From Octopus bimaculoides (lineage: Eukaryota): a stretch of 64,000 nt of DNA. The stretch covers positions 6,812,934 to 6,876,933 of the forward strand of contig NC_068982.1 in the NCBI RefSeq assembly GCF_001194135.2, read 5' to 3'. Position numbers and translations under genes: made by a program. Below are positions 48,451 through 61,479 of the stretch, one piece after another (position 1 is the first letter of the stretch; every line of letters begins with the position of its first letter). The notes beneath the pieces were generated by a model that did no database searches, was not told where the DNA came from, and saw only the letters and a list, made by a program, of their open reading frames with translations.

Positions 48451-49446
48451 ACGACGGTGACGTTGGGAGAAATTGTAGCTTCCGCTGCAACCGAGATACC
48501 GATAAAATGATTCTCATTAAAAGACTGTTTCAAGAGAAAGGCAGGACGGAACATCAGAGGCAGTTCATTGAGTTTGTGGATGGGGCAAAGATTTCTGGTT
48601 TTGTAAGACTGGAGAATCAAAGACACTGGACACATTTATCGATGACAGGCATTGCTATCAAATGAAGGTGAATATGGCATAATCATATTCTCTAAATAAC
48701 TTGCTTAAAGTTTGATCTTAGCTTTGTTATCCAAAAACAAAACAAAAATTCAAATAGAAATAGTAAATTTATATATTTATGTCAAAAATATTTAATTGTT
48801 TACAGTGTTATTTAAAAACAAATGTATTTTTAATGAAATTTATATATTTAAGAAACATATTCAGCTCCACAGCATGATAAATCGAATATCATCTCGTATA
48901 AAATTCAATTATATAAATTTAAGCTCATATGCTTATGTTTGTGTTTGCTTGTGTCACTTGTAATGAATTATTCAAGAAATAATACTAACTCTTAAAAGCT
49001 GGCTATAATCCCACCAAATGATTGATGAGCGAAAAATATAACTTCCCACAGTATCATTCTGTTAAAGTTTTCTTCTAGTGAGCAATATTAATCCAAACAA
49101 TTTATATAGCTGCAGTAAAATGAAGAGAATGTTTTTGAAAATAATACATTATAGAACATTTTACTGAGTGACCACAATAATAATTTCACTCAGCTAAGTT
49201 GGCAAAATGCCAGATAATGGATCAAAGTATTAATTTCCATTTGAAATGTAAAGCACTATGTCTGTGACAAGTTTACTTAATTTTCGATGGAGCAGTTTTA
49301 TTTTGCTAAAAATGAGAGCTGTAAGGAGATGTGTTCCACTGTATACTTGGATGATGTCTTAATGCCTTCAGGTACTGATAACTCATCTTTCAGTCGATAA
49401 AACCTAGAATTAACTGGTATATTTTATCTTAATATAGTAGAAATGA

Positions 49447-49613
49447 TTTACGTTATTTACATTTGACGGATATTTGTCCTCATCTTGTTTGTTGTTAACA
49501 CAACATTTCGGCTGATATACCCTCCAGCCTTCATCAGGTGTCTTAGGAAAATTTCGAACCCGAGTTCTCATTCCTAAGGTATTTTTCGATGTTGTTGTTG
49601 TTGCTGTTGTTGC

Positions 49614-49687
<74 letters not shown>

Positions 49688-49765
49688 TCACTGCTTGGAA
49701 TCGAACTCGGAATCTTGGGGTTAGTAGCCCGCGCTCTTAACCACTACTTCATAATAATAATAGTA

Positions 49766-49817
<52 letters not shown>

Positions 49818-50016
49818 CAACAACAACTGCAACATCGAAAATACCTAAGGAATGAGAACCCAGGTTTCGAAATTTCCGCAAGACACTTGATGAAGGCTGG
49901 AGAGTATATCAGCCGAAACGTTGTGTTAACAACAAACAAGATGAGGACAAATATCCGTCAAATGTAACTAATGTAAGTAATCTACATAGTTCCTCATCTT
50001 TTGAATATAGAACTAT
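49447..50016. mobile_element. Family A fold-back element, copy 7
   Basis: Both hammerhead arms near-intact; reverse head complete, forward head deleted; perfect TSD TATAGTAGAAATGA at 49433-49446 / 50014-50027. Confidence 0.92.
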
Positions 50017-50350
50017 AGTAGAAATGAGTTAAAAGTCTAAGCAATGAATGAAACACTGAACATTTATCAGTCCCTGAAAAGTTTTATAAAACTGTCTCTA
50101 GTGTGCTGAAGGAAATATGGTCCACATAATTTCTGCAGCATTTAAGAATTATTTTCTAATTTAGAAAACAGTTTCTTCCTTAAATTTAATCTGTTTTCTC
50201 TAGAAAAAAAGGTATACTCTGCTTTGCGAATAAGGTTTAAGGTTTGTTTATTTTTTATTTTTAAGAAGATGCCTTTGTGAAGAAACTTTCAATGAGTTAC
50301 AGGACCGTTTGTTAAGCTAAACCAGCAGATTGCAATTTAATTGATATTTA

Positions 50351-50520
50351 AGGAGTGGCTGTGTGGTAAGAAACTTGCTTCCCAACCACATGGGTCTAGG
50401 TTCAGTCCCACTGCGTGGCAGCTTGGGCAAGTGTTTCGTCCTATAACCTCGGACCGAGTGGATTTGGTAGACGGAAACTGAAAGAAGACCATATATATAT
50501 ATATGTGTGTGTGTGTGTGC

Positions 50521-50536
<16 letters not shown>
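50351..50536 (+). mobile_element. SINE family 1, 5' half running into gap
   Basis: A and B boxes plus body start. Confidence 0.8.
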
Positions 50537-50556
<20 letters not shown>

Positions 50557-51832
50557 NNNNNNNNNNNNNNNNNNNNNNNNNNNNNNNNNNNNNNNNNNNN
50601 NNNNNNNNNNNNNNNNNNNNNNNNNNNNNNNNNNNNNNNNNNNNNNNNNNNNNNNNNNNNNNNNNNNNNNNNNNNNNNNNNNNNNNNNNNNNNNNNNNNN
50701 NNNNNNNNNNNNNNNNNNNNNNNNNNNNNNNNNNNNNNNNNNNNNNNNNNNNNNNNNNNNNNNNNNNNNNNNNNNNNNNNNNNNNNNNNNNNNNNNNNNN
50801 NNNNNNNNNNNNNNNNNNNNNNNNNNNNNNNNNNNNNNNNNNNNNNNNNNNNNNNNNNNNNNNNNNNNNNNNNNNNNNNNNNNNNNNNNNNNNNNNNNNN
50901 NNNNNNNNNNNNNNNNNATATATATATATATATATACATATATAAACACATGGATACATATGTACACATGTATATATTGTTATATATATATATGATGACT
51001 AAAAGAATGAAAATATTAGAATACAATTTGTTATTTGGTGACAATCATTTCAATAATAGATGAGTAAGCTAAGTCATTTAACATGCTGGAACCAATATGT
51101 GCGATAATTATGTAGTTTCATGCAACGGGACTCACTTCTCTCCTTTTATCATGGGTTTGTAAAAGATTTAATATACTTGCATAAGGCTAAATGCCATTAT
51201 AAATTCAATGGTATAAAGTAAATTGATCAAAGGACAAATGTCTTTGTATACTATTAGATAAATCAATCGAGACACCAGGTATGTCAACTTAGGTGAGTTA
51301 AGGTCAGTGTAATGTAGGTAGCTGTTTGAGCGAAAACGACGACATTTTAATTGACGTGGTAGTAAACACAATGACATCTACAATGGGCCATTTGTTAAGT
51401 GGGATGGATATGTCAGGAACAACACCAAAGAAACTTATCAGTTTCTGTGGTATATTTTGTTTTACTGGATCGTCTTCTATGCTATAGAATCTTATTAGCC
51501 ACGATTCACACAAACACTGAGGTAATCGTTTAATTAAAACAGTTGTTTGTAGTTCCTTTTTAAATTTTCAATCCAAAGTTCATTTTGAAAGAAAGTAAGC
51601 GTTTAGGTGTATGTAGACAGCATAGTGAAGAAGATGGATAAACAAATATTTGTACCACCATACTGAGATCCCGAGGAAGGCTGAAACTGCATGAAATCGA
51701 GCTAACAGTGAAAGTCACCGCATTCAGAAACCCGCAATCATTGGACAGTTCAATGGAAAGTTTTGCTCGATCTTTGATGCAATGAAAGAATTAAATTTGA
51801 ACAGAAAATACGAACAGTAAAAGACGAGCAAA

Positions 51833-52669
51833 CGAAGTGCATTCAAAGGTATGCAGCTTTATTTTTTCCCGCCAAAACTAATGTCACTTAGGCAAGCTCT
51901 TTTAGGTGCAACGTAACGCCACTCTTCTTGCAAATACGCGAAAATTTTGAAACCGGTAGGTCGCGTCAGTTCCCGTCTCTTACGCCTAGAGTACAGACGT
52001 GAAGTGTGTACTCGTTGGATTTGCGTTTTCACGCAAGATGACCGACTGCATCGAACAGAGACTATAAACCCATGTCTCCTTACCAGTGACGATGGTCTTC
52101 GTGAAGTCTGGCTCGTGGTTTGCACAGCCCAGCAATGTGCTGAGAAATGTTCGTGTGGAGTCCCCTGATCCTGTGCTTTTTTCCATCTTCATGAGAAATT
52201 TCTTGGATTGTTCCGAGACGGTTTCTGTGACTATTTGCAAAACCTTCTCAATCGACTCCTCGTTCCGGCTCCTGGATTACTTGACTGAGCGTGCCTCACT
52301 CTCCACTGAGGTAGGTGCGGTCATGTTTGAAGCGGCTGTGCAACTCCTTGGTCTGAGTTTTGACCATGACACCATCACCAAAAACCTGCTGAGTCTTCTG
52401 GATGGTTTGAGCTTGAGTAACCCTAAGCTTTTTTGCAAACTTGCTGCAACGTCTGTCTCAATGCGTTCGGTGAAAACGAAATCCAGCAAGCGCGAAAGGC
52501 AAATCTGTACTTTAGACGTAACAGCCGGGAATTGTCGCCGTCTACCGGCGCGAAATGTTTTAAACATGCGCAGGAAGGATAGTGGCTCCTCCCACCCTCA
52601 GAAATTTTCCCACATGTAATTAGTTTTGGAGGGAAAATATAAAGTCAGACACTTTTTGAATTTACCTCG
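51833..52669 (-). mobile_element. Internally deleted mariner with transposase relic
   Basis: Decayed TIRs CGAAGTGCATTCAAAGGTATGCAGCTTT (51833) / AAAGTCAGACACTTTTTGAATTTACCTCG (to 52669). Minus-strand pieces RRCSKFAKKL..QQVFGD..RFK, SRNEESIEKV, EPDFTKTIVTGKETWVY. Confidence 0.85.
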
Positions 52670-53555
52670 ATAATTTGGTTGGATGTACTGAAATATTTCG
52701 GATAAATATTTTCTGCAGTGAAATTCGATGTATTATAACGAAATTTGAATAGATTTGGATCCCAAAAAATGTATTTAATAAAAATGGCATTGTATATTTT
52801 AATACATTTTTGATCAAAAGATTCTTTTACAAAGACTAGAACAGGTTAGTGGTACATTGCATTTTTCTGTTAAAATGGAGTATTTCCGTCACATCAGAAA
52901 TAAAGGAAACTTGTTTATTTATCCATTATCTGATTGGTGTGAAATTTCTGACTGCTACTGCAATTGCTGTCATAAATTTTGAACTGTCTCAGTTGGTTTT
53001 CAGACTTGAAGATGATCAGCTGAAATGTTTGTCCTCCTGTCTACTTCAGTTTGTTGTCTATGCACCACTAACCTCTTCACTTTGAAAACGATCTTTCGAT
53101 AGAAAATTCAGGAAGTCAATTAATAAAGCAGCAAACTCTCAGTTTATATNNNNNNNNNNNNNNNNNNNNNNNNNNNNNNNNNNNNNNNNNNNNNNNNNNN
53201 NNNNNNNNNNNNNNNNNNNNNNNNNNNNNNNNNNNNNNNNNNNNNNNNNNNNNNNNNNNNNNNNNNNNNNNNNNNNNNNNNNNNNNNNNNNNNNNNNNNN
53301 NNNNNNNNNNNNNNNNNNNNNNNNNNNNNNNNNNNNNNNNNNNNNNNNNNNNNNNNNNNNNNNNNNNNNNNNNNNNNNNNNNNNNNNNNNNNNNNNNNNN
53401 NNNNNNNNNNNNNNNNNNNNNNNNNNNNNNNNNNNNNNNNNNNNNNNNNNNNNNNNNNNNNNNNNNNNNNNNNNNNNNNNNNNNNNNNNNNNNNNNNNNN
53501 NNNNNNNNNNNNNNNNNNNNNNNNNNNNATATATATTGGCGTGGTTGTGTGGTAA

Positions 53556-53880
53556 GAAGCTTGCATCCCAACCACATGGTTCCGGGTTCAGTCTCACTGC
53601 GTGGTACATTGGAAAAGTGTCTTCTACAACAATATCCCCGGACCGACAGAAAGTCTTGAGAGTGGATTTGGTTGACGGAAACTGAAAGAAGCCCGTCGTA
53701 TGTGTGTGTGTGTGTGTGTGATTGCCTTTGTGACCGTGTTTGTCCCCCCCCCCACCGCTTGACAACCAGTGCTGTTGTGTTTATGGCCCCGTAACTGACC
53801 GCTTCGGCAAAAGAGACCGATAGAATAAGTACCAGGCTTTAAAAAGTTCAGTACTGGGATTGAGACATTCGACTCAATGA
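53556..53880 (+). mobile_element. SINE family 1
   Basis: Diverged full-length copy. Confidence 0.8.
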
Positions 53881-54067
53881 AAAGATACAAAATATAAAGA
53901 ATAATCATAGACCGGTTTCGTTGTCAACTACTTACGTACTTTTCTTAGGGGTCAGGCCATAGGTGATCTGCTTTTAGCAAAATGGATGTCCACTTAGTGG
54001 TCACCCCACTTATATGTATATTATACATATATACGTATAGACGTATGTACATATACGTATGTATATA

Positions 54068-54109
<42 letters not shown>

Positions 54110-54928
54110 ATTATTATATAATTGAACGCCATGCATCCTCTTCCAAGTAATGTTTATCTTACATACATACAGTATATATTGCTTATTTGGCATAAAATAA
54201 AAATCTGAACCAGAATGTTTGTGTGTACTTACGTACGTATGCGAGCGCTCATAATTTTTAAGTTGGGAAATTCAAAATTTGTTAAAACTCCCCCTTTCTT
54301 GCAGTGAATCGTCTCCAGGTAAATATATAATTTCATTGATGCCACGAAGCTGCATACACACGCTGCTTTGCGATAATTCTTTCTTTTTTCTGTTTCATTC
54401 TAAATTTATTGGAGAAATATTTGCTTTTTAAGCTTACAGGCAAGAGAACTGATACCAGAAGATATAAGACTCTAATTTTAAGAAATGCATGAAGATTTAC
54501 AAAACTTTCTCATGAAAGAAATCAGTTCTTTTTATTTATTTCGATGGAAGAATTTCCATACAAACAATGGAAAAAAATTATCTAGATATGCGATTAGAAT
54601 AATATTCAAAGAACATTAAGAGAAGCCAGAACTTATGTCTGGAATATAAATTTATCAAGAAAAAAAAATTGGACAGAAGCAATTTTTGAACTTCATGTAG
54701 TGTTATCTTATGAAATGAATTTAATACTTCCCACCTTTTCAGAAGGTCATGCTATATATCTGAAATATAAAAGGACAAGTGCAAAGAAGAAGCTGAGAAG
54801 ATTTGAGTGTGGTGACATAAAAGTCTCGGAATGTTTCCTCATGATCATTTTGTATCACATATTTCAATGAAAATTTCACATCACAAAAATGTGGTGCAAG
54901 ACATCTTTTTCATATTATATAACATCCA

Positions 54929-55372
54929 TAAGGTGGCGGCGAGCTGGCCGAAACGTTGGCACGCCGGGCGAAATGCTTAGTGGCATTTCGTCTGTCTTTA
55001 CGTTCTGAGTTCAAATTTCGGCGAGGCCGACTTTGCCTTTCGTCCTCTCGGTGTCGATAAATTCAGTACCAGTTGTGTACTGGGGTTGATTTAATCGACT
55101 GGTCCACTTACCAAAAATCTCGGGCCTTGTGTCTAGAGTAGAAAAGAATATAACATTAGGCGGCAAGCTGGCCGAAACGTTAGCATGCCGGGCGAAATTC
55201 TTCGTGGTATTTCGTCTGTCTTTACGTTCTTAGTTCAAATTCTGCCGAGGTTGACTTTGCCTTTCATCCTTTCGAGGTCGGTGCATTAAGTACCAGTTGC
55301 GTACTGGGGTCGATTTAATCGACTGGCCTTCCCCCTTCCCAAAAAGTTCGGGCCTTGTGCCTAGAGTAGAAA
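54929..55372 (+). mobile_element. Tandem dimer of SINE family 2 inside one TSD
   Basis: 17-bp TSD ATATTATATAACATCCA at 54912-54928 / 55373-55389. Confidence 0.9.
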
Positions 55373-56084
55373 ATATTATATAACATCCAACTCAACGCAG
55401 TCTGGCAATACCCCAATATCATAATAGATATATTTATTCTGCCAAATTATAAAATGCTTCTGTAAGTGTATGAAAGTGAAATTTAGTTATGAGTTGGCTG
55501 GTCTGTAGACTTTAACCTTCTTGAGAATGTTTGGGTGATCATTAATTTAAAACTGAAGACATGAACTTTTCAAATCAAAGAATATTTATTTGCAGCTGTC
55601 CAGAAACAACGGTACAAATTAGATACTGCATTATTGAAAATGTCTTGCTGACACTAATGATTAAACAGATTAGATGGCAGAATAGTAATGCCAGATGCAT
55701 TGATTTTTAAATGTTGGCTGTGAATAAACAAAAATTCTATCATTTTTATTTGAATGCATTGAATGATTAAATTTCAACAAAAATAAACTATTTTTGTTAA
55801 TCATGGATGTTCTGTTTTTCTTTTCCTTTGTTTTTTGTTTTATTAAAAGAGATGTTTATCCACATACACAGTCACACACATCGCATGTAATGCAATGTTT
55901 CTTGACATGTAGCCAAATGTTTGGCAAATAACATTCTACTGTCTTAAAAATGATGGAGATGGCTAAAATGACTGTTCGATTAGATATAATCTGGAACTAG
56001 TAAATAAAAAGAACATATAGCTTTAACATGTTCTTCATGTTGTTTTGAATTGAATGGATCTTTCATAAACTATTTCAAAAGTGC

Positions 56085-57256
56085 TATGGAAGTAAAAAAA
56101 ATATCCGTACTTTTACCCAAACTTATTTTAGGTAACCTTGACCACTCTAGTTTTTTTTGTTTTTTTTTCTTGTGTTAGAGTAAACAGTCTGCACCAAGGA
56201 AGAAGAGAGATCAGTTATCTGAATTCTCTGGTCTGAAATTCATCACAGGTTTTCAGTACAAATAAAGGAAAATATTCTACCATGTTGAAGTGTGTAGGAG
56301 TGTATTGAGAAGTTTAAAATTGACGGGACAAGCGAAGCACGAAGATTAAGCAGGACGACTATCAACTTCCACCACAAGCATGAAGATTCAACAAGCTCGA
56401 TCGACGAGGTGGCATCTTCTCTGCATATTACTCATCGTTCTGTATACGAAATTATAAACAAGCTTCGCTTCCGTAAAGTCTGCGCAAGATGAGCGCATAA
56501 GCGTAATCCCGTGGAGATCTGTCAATGCTTATTCGACTGCTATAATGACGAAGGCAAAGTCTTTTGGAGAAGGAAGACCCAGGGGATAAGACCTGGGTCA
56601 ACTACTTTACACCAGAATCAAAAAAGGCAGAATATGGAGCAGAAACACCCAAAATCGTCTGCTAAAAAAAATCCAAGACTCAACGTTCTGCACAAAAAGT
56701 AATTCAACCGTTTGGGGTGTCACAAAAGGGCCTATACTAGAACATTGCGTAGAATAGGAGTCTAAGGTCATCAGACCAGCGTCGGGTACAGTGAAATGTC
56801 GGCGAACAAACTGAAACCAGCAATGCACACCAAATGCCAAGGTCTTTTGTCAAATCAAGTGATACTGTTGCGCGACAATATGCGCCTAGGTATGGCTACC
56901 CACATCATGCAAACCATTGGAAAGTAGGGTTGTTAGTTGCTGGAACTACTCTCTGCATACAGTCTAGATATTGCAACTACTGACTGTTACCATAAAGAAT
57001 ATTTGGGCTGTTCAACCATCCTTTGTGAGGTCGTCAACTTGCTACGGATGAAGTGCATGAAGCGGTACATAAGTGGCTGCCCAACCTGCTGAAAATCTTC
57101 TCCGATGAAATTAGTAAGCTTGTGAACCACTGGAAGGAGTATATCGGAAAGCAGGGAGACTATATTTAAAAAAAACGATGCAATTGTTCAATCCGTGCTT
57201 ATGTTTTAATAAAAATACAGAAACAAGAATGCGTATAATTTTTGACTCACTCTTGT
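56085..57256 (+). mobile_element. Decayed near-full-length mariner
   Basis: Pieces RKVCAR, GDKTWVNYFTPESK, VILLRDN, YSLDIATTD, KLVNHWKEYIGKQGDYI; right TIR GCGTATAATTTTTGACTCACTCTTG|TA. Left TIR only tentative. Confidence 0.8.
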
Positions 57257-57257
57257 A

Positions 57258-57362
<105 letters not shown>

Positions 57363-57861
57363 TAGAAAAATAATGAGAACANNNNNNNNNNNNNNNNNNN
57401 NNNNNNNNNNNNNNNNNNNNNNNNNNNNNNNNNNNNNNNNNNNNNNNNNNNNNNNNNNNNNNNNNNNNNNNNNNNNNNNNNNNNNNNNNNNNNNNNNNNN
57501 NNNNNNNNNNNNNNNNNNNNNNNNNNNNNNNNNNNNNNNNNNNNNNNNNNNNNNNNNNNNNNNNNNNNNNNNNNNNNNNNNNNNNNNNNNNNNNNNNNNN
57601 NNNNNNNNNNNNNNNNNNNNNNNNNNNNNNNNNNNNNNNNNNNNNNNNNNNNNNNNNNNNNNNNNNNNNNNNNNNNNNNNNNNNNNNNNNNNNNNNNNNN
57701 NNNNNNNNNNNNNNNNNNNNNNNNNNNNNNNNNNNNNNNNNNNNNNNNNNNNNNNNNNNNNNNNNNNNNNNNNNNNNNNNNNNNNNNNNNNNNNNNNNNN
57801 NNNNNNNNNNNNNNNNNNNNNNNNNNNNNNNNNNNNNNNNNNNNNNNNNNNNNNNNNNNNN

Positions 57862-57901
<40 letters not shown>

Positions 57902-58049
57902 GTTATGAGAGGTAATGGTATCAATAAAACTCAAAGGTGTCAGGTAATGCTAAGTGCTATGGACAGACTATTGTTAAATTCCAGGTTCGGTGATTATGCG
58001 AATGAGGAGTCCAACGTAGGTCATATATCAGCATGTGTATATATATAAA

Positions 58050-58340
58050 AAATTTCAGAATGAGATAAAAATGCAAGGCTGTGAAAGATTTTAGAACATT
58101 TATAAATAGGTCTTACAGCTGTTTCCGGGATATTTTATACATCCCTTCATCTTAGACGGTGTGAGAAAATGGTTAAGCAATAGTTATTTTAGATAAGATA
58201 TGAAATAGAGATTGAAGTGGAGGAATGAAAATAGACGTGAGATATGCAGGGATAGATGCAATATCCCTGCATATATCACATCTGTTTTCATTCCTCCACT
58301 TCACTTTCTATTTCATATCTTATCTAAAATAACTATTGCT
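58050..58340 (-). mobile_element. Penelope-like family D element with hammerhead-like motif (58110-58157) and fold-back 5' end (58176-58340)
   Basis: Minus strand GUCU-AAGAUGA-A-GGGA..UCCC-G-GAA-ACAGCUGU-A-AGAC; ~79-bp inverted arms around a 7-nt loop. Confidence 0.7.
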
Positions 58341-58404
58341 GAGCCAAACCCTTGTGAGTGGATTTGGTAGACGGAAACTGAAAGACGTCCGTCGTGTATA
58401 TATA

Positions 58405-58518
58405 TTGGGTTGTCCGGAAAGTTCGTGCCGATTTATAAGTAGCTTACCTTTCTACTTATTTGCCATGAAACCACCTCAATTCTGGGAAGAGGGTATTTTT
58501 AAGTTAAAGGAAAGATGG
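58405..58518 (+). mobile_element. Mariner-type left end inserted in a SINE family 1 copy (58341-59010), running into gap
   Basis: TA|TTGGGTTGTCCGGAAAGTTCGTGCCGATTT. Confidence 0.7.
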
Positions 58519-58736
58519 NNNNNNNNNNNNNNNNNNNNNNNNNNNNNNNNNNNNNNNNNNNNNNNNNNNNNNNNNNNNNNNNNNNNNNNNNNNNNNNNNN
58601 NNNNNNNNNNNNNNNNNNNNNNNNNNNNNNNNNNNNNNNNNNNNNNNNNNNNNNNNNNNNNNNNNNNNNNNNNNNNNNNNNNNNNNNNNNNNNNNNNNNN
58701 NNATATATGTGTGTGTGTGTGGAAAAATTATACAAA

Positions 58737-58771
<35 letters not shown>

Positions 58772-60861
58772 TGTCTGTATGTATATATGTGTGTGTGTAT
58801 GTCTATATACCTGTGTTTGTTACTAACCACCTTGTGAGAACTGGAGTTGTACCTGTGATTTAGCAGATGAGTAAATGTGACAAACAGACTAAGTAGCAGG
58901 CTTAAAAAAATGAAAGTACTAATGCCAACATATTCGACTAGAATTCTTCAAAGCCGTACTCCAGCATGGCCGCAATCAAATGACTGAAACAAGTAAAAGA
59001 TAAAAGATTTTCACATTTTCATTTCCTTGAGAAATTTTCAATAAATACGATTTTCTAAGTCAATATGTAATGCCATCATTCTAAATACTGATGTTTTATC
59101 AATGTCTGTTTCTTCCCCAACTCAATGACTTTATAACAGAAGAAATCAGAACATACTTTCTAGAATTTAGGGACTAAGTAGAGCATAATATTTTCAAAAA
59201 GAGCAAATTTGTAATACTTTTAGCAATATATAGATCTATACTTTAACACTTAGGCTATTTTAGCTCCTCGCATTATGGTTATTTTATCCTCATTCTTCCA
59301 TTGATTTTCCCCTCATTAAGGAATCAATAGAAATTATGATGTCAAAATGGCAGCATAATGCATTGTAATTCATAGCCTTTTGATAGATTGAATCCTCCTA
59401 AACTTCTGTCTGCTCTTTTATCTTTCTTCAAATCATAAATCTTCTTATCCTCATTTATTCTCTGATATAAGTACCCTTACATCTTTTAACTTCGACATTA
59501 AAACTGTTCAGAATATTGATTACATTTGAATATGCTCTAAACTAATTTACAGGGCAAAACAAGCATAATCAATGAAGTCACAGTCAGTATGTTACTGGAA
59601 AGAGGGTTATTGAACTTAAAAAGAAAATTATAGCAAACAGGATTTGAACTCAGAAACTAAACACTGAACCTAGAAACTTGAAACTGCAAGGCATTTAATT
59701 TTGCCAACACAATATCCTAAAATTGAGCAGAATATTAATCATGACTCTTTTTGTATTTACTTACATATATTTTGATTAATAATCTCTGGTTGTTTTCTGG
59801 GGAGATATTTTGAATATGGCACTTGATGAGGTTAATATTCCAATCAATCTTGACTACACTCATTTTAACTCATCTAAAAAACATAAACATGTAATTTTTC
59901 AACCTTCTTAGGTTATGGTTTATAGGCATTATGTCATTCAATAAAAGCTGACTTCATGTCAAGTCATAAAAAGAAACAACTTTTTCTCATCTATTCCCAT
60001 AAAAAAACAGTGAAAGTAGTCATAAGCCAATCACAATATCTCAGATTGTAATCTGTGTTTCCTGATTTTGTTTTCTTTTGATTTTTTTCTATTCATAGTT
60101 TGATAAAACCTTGTGTTTCAGAATGAGAGAAAAAAAGGAAAACAAAACCGAAGAGTTAAATTCATGGCAAAGAATAGTTCAGATTTAAGTCAGAAACTTG
60201 TTGAGATAGTACGACAATAAAAGATCAAGAAAGGAAACGCATATACAAAATTTCTTAAGCAATTAACTCCACAAGGATGATTATGATTGTGAAATGTTTA
60301 AGGTTGACGTCCACTTTGCCAGCGCTTCGGGCAATAAAATATGTATCAGACAAACTTCTGGACTTGTTATACATGCCTAAAACACTTGACTGTGGCATCT
60401 CAACAAAACTACGGTCGAATGACTGAAACCAGTAAAAGAATAACACATCCATTTTCGTTGCTGGTATGGGTTGGATGGGCCATTGTGTTAGTTGTTAGTC
60501 AGTGATACTGAGCCTCTAGACTGATCAGAAGAGCACACGATTCTCGTACTTTCCATTTTGATATGATTTCCATAACTGGATAGCAGTCATTATGCACAGT
60601 GCATTGCATGCATGTTATCATGATATTAAACAATCGACGGCTTGTTATATTATTGTGCAGAATAATGAGTGCTCTCAACCATATGTTATCTTCAAGCATC
60701 TACTAACGACTTTATGGTATAGATAGTAAGAGAAAGTGATGGATATCAAAAACAAGTGGCCCAAGGTAAAAGGAAATTAATAGCTGGCAGCATTGAAATG
60801 ATGATGATAAAGTTTATCTGGACAGAACCGATGTAATCCGTCATCATAGGTAATTTGATGG

Positions 60862-60914
<53 letters not shown>

Positions 60915-61208
60915 GCCTCAGAGAGTGTAGTCTCTGTTATACCAACAGAGTGGTCATGGCCGGAAGACATATCATAACTGATTTAATGACAAACAACAAC
61001 AAATAAATTCATGTCTAAATTAGATTAATATTCATTTATCACCATGACAATTGCTACAAATTTCTAGAGAGAGATATTTGATGGAATCAACTCTAATATA
61101 TGTTTGTCACTAATTCTACTGATATTGGACAGACTGAAGGTAAAGATGACGTACGTGCAATTTGAACAATTTGAATATTGTCATTACAGCGAATAAATAA
61201 TAGTTATA

Positions 61209-61422
61209 AGGCGGCGAGCTGGCAGAAACGTTAGCACGCCGTATAAAATGCTTAGCGGCATTTCGTCTGCCGTTACGTTCTGAGTTCAAATTCTGCTAAG
61301 GTCGACTTTGCCTTTCATCCTTTCGGGGTCGATAAATTAAGTACCAGTTATGTACTGGGGTCGATCTAATCGACTGGCCAACTCCCCCAAAATTTCGGGC
61401 CTTGTGCCTATAGTAGAAGAGA
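61209..61422 (+). mobile_element. SINE family 2, full length
   Basis: Well-preserved copy; flanking GAATAAATAA...TTATA duplication. Confidence 0.9.
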
Positions 61423-61479
61423 ATAAATAACCGTTATAGTGAATAAATGGTATTGTGGCATAGCTTTCTTTTATCATTC

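Noticed and set aside
52086-52619. 177-aa plus-strand ORF
   Set aside because: Antisense shadow of the minus-strand mariner relic.
53005-53036. Another hammerhead-like string (TTGAAGA...GAAATGTT)
   Set aside because: No convincing stem II and a mutated core.
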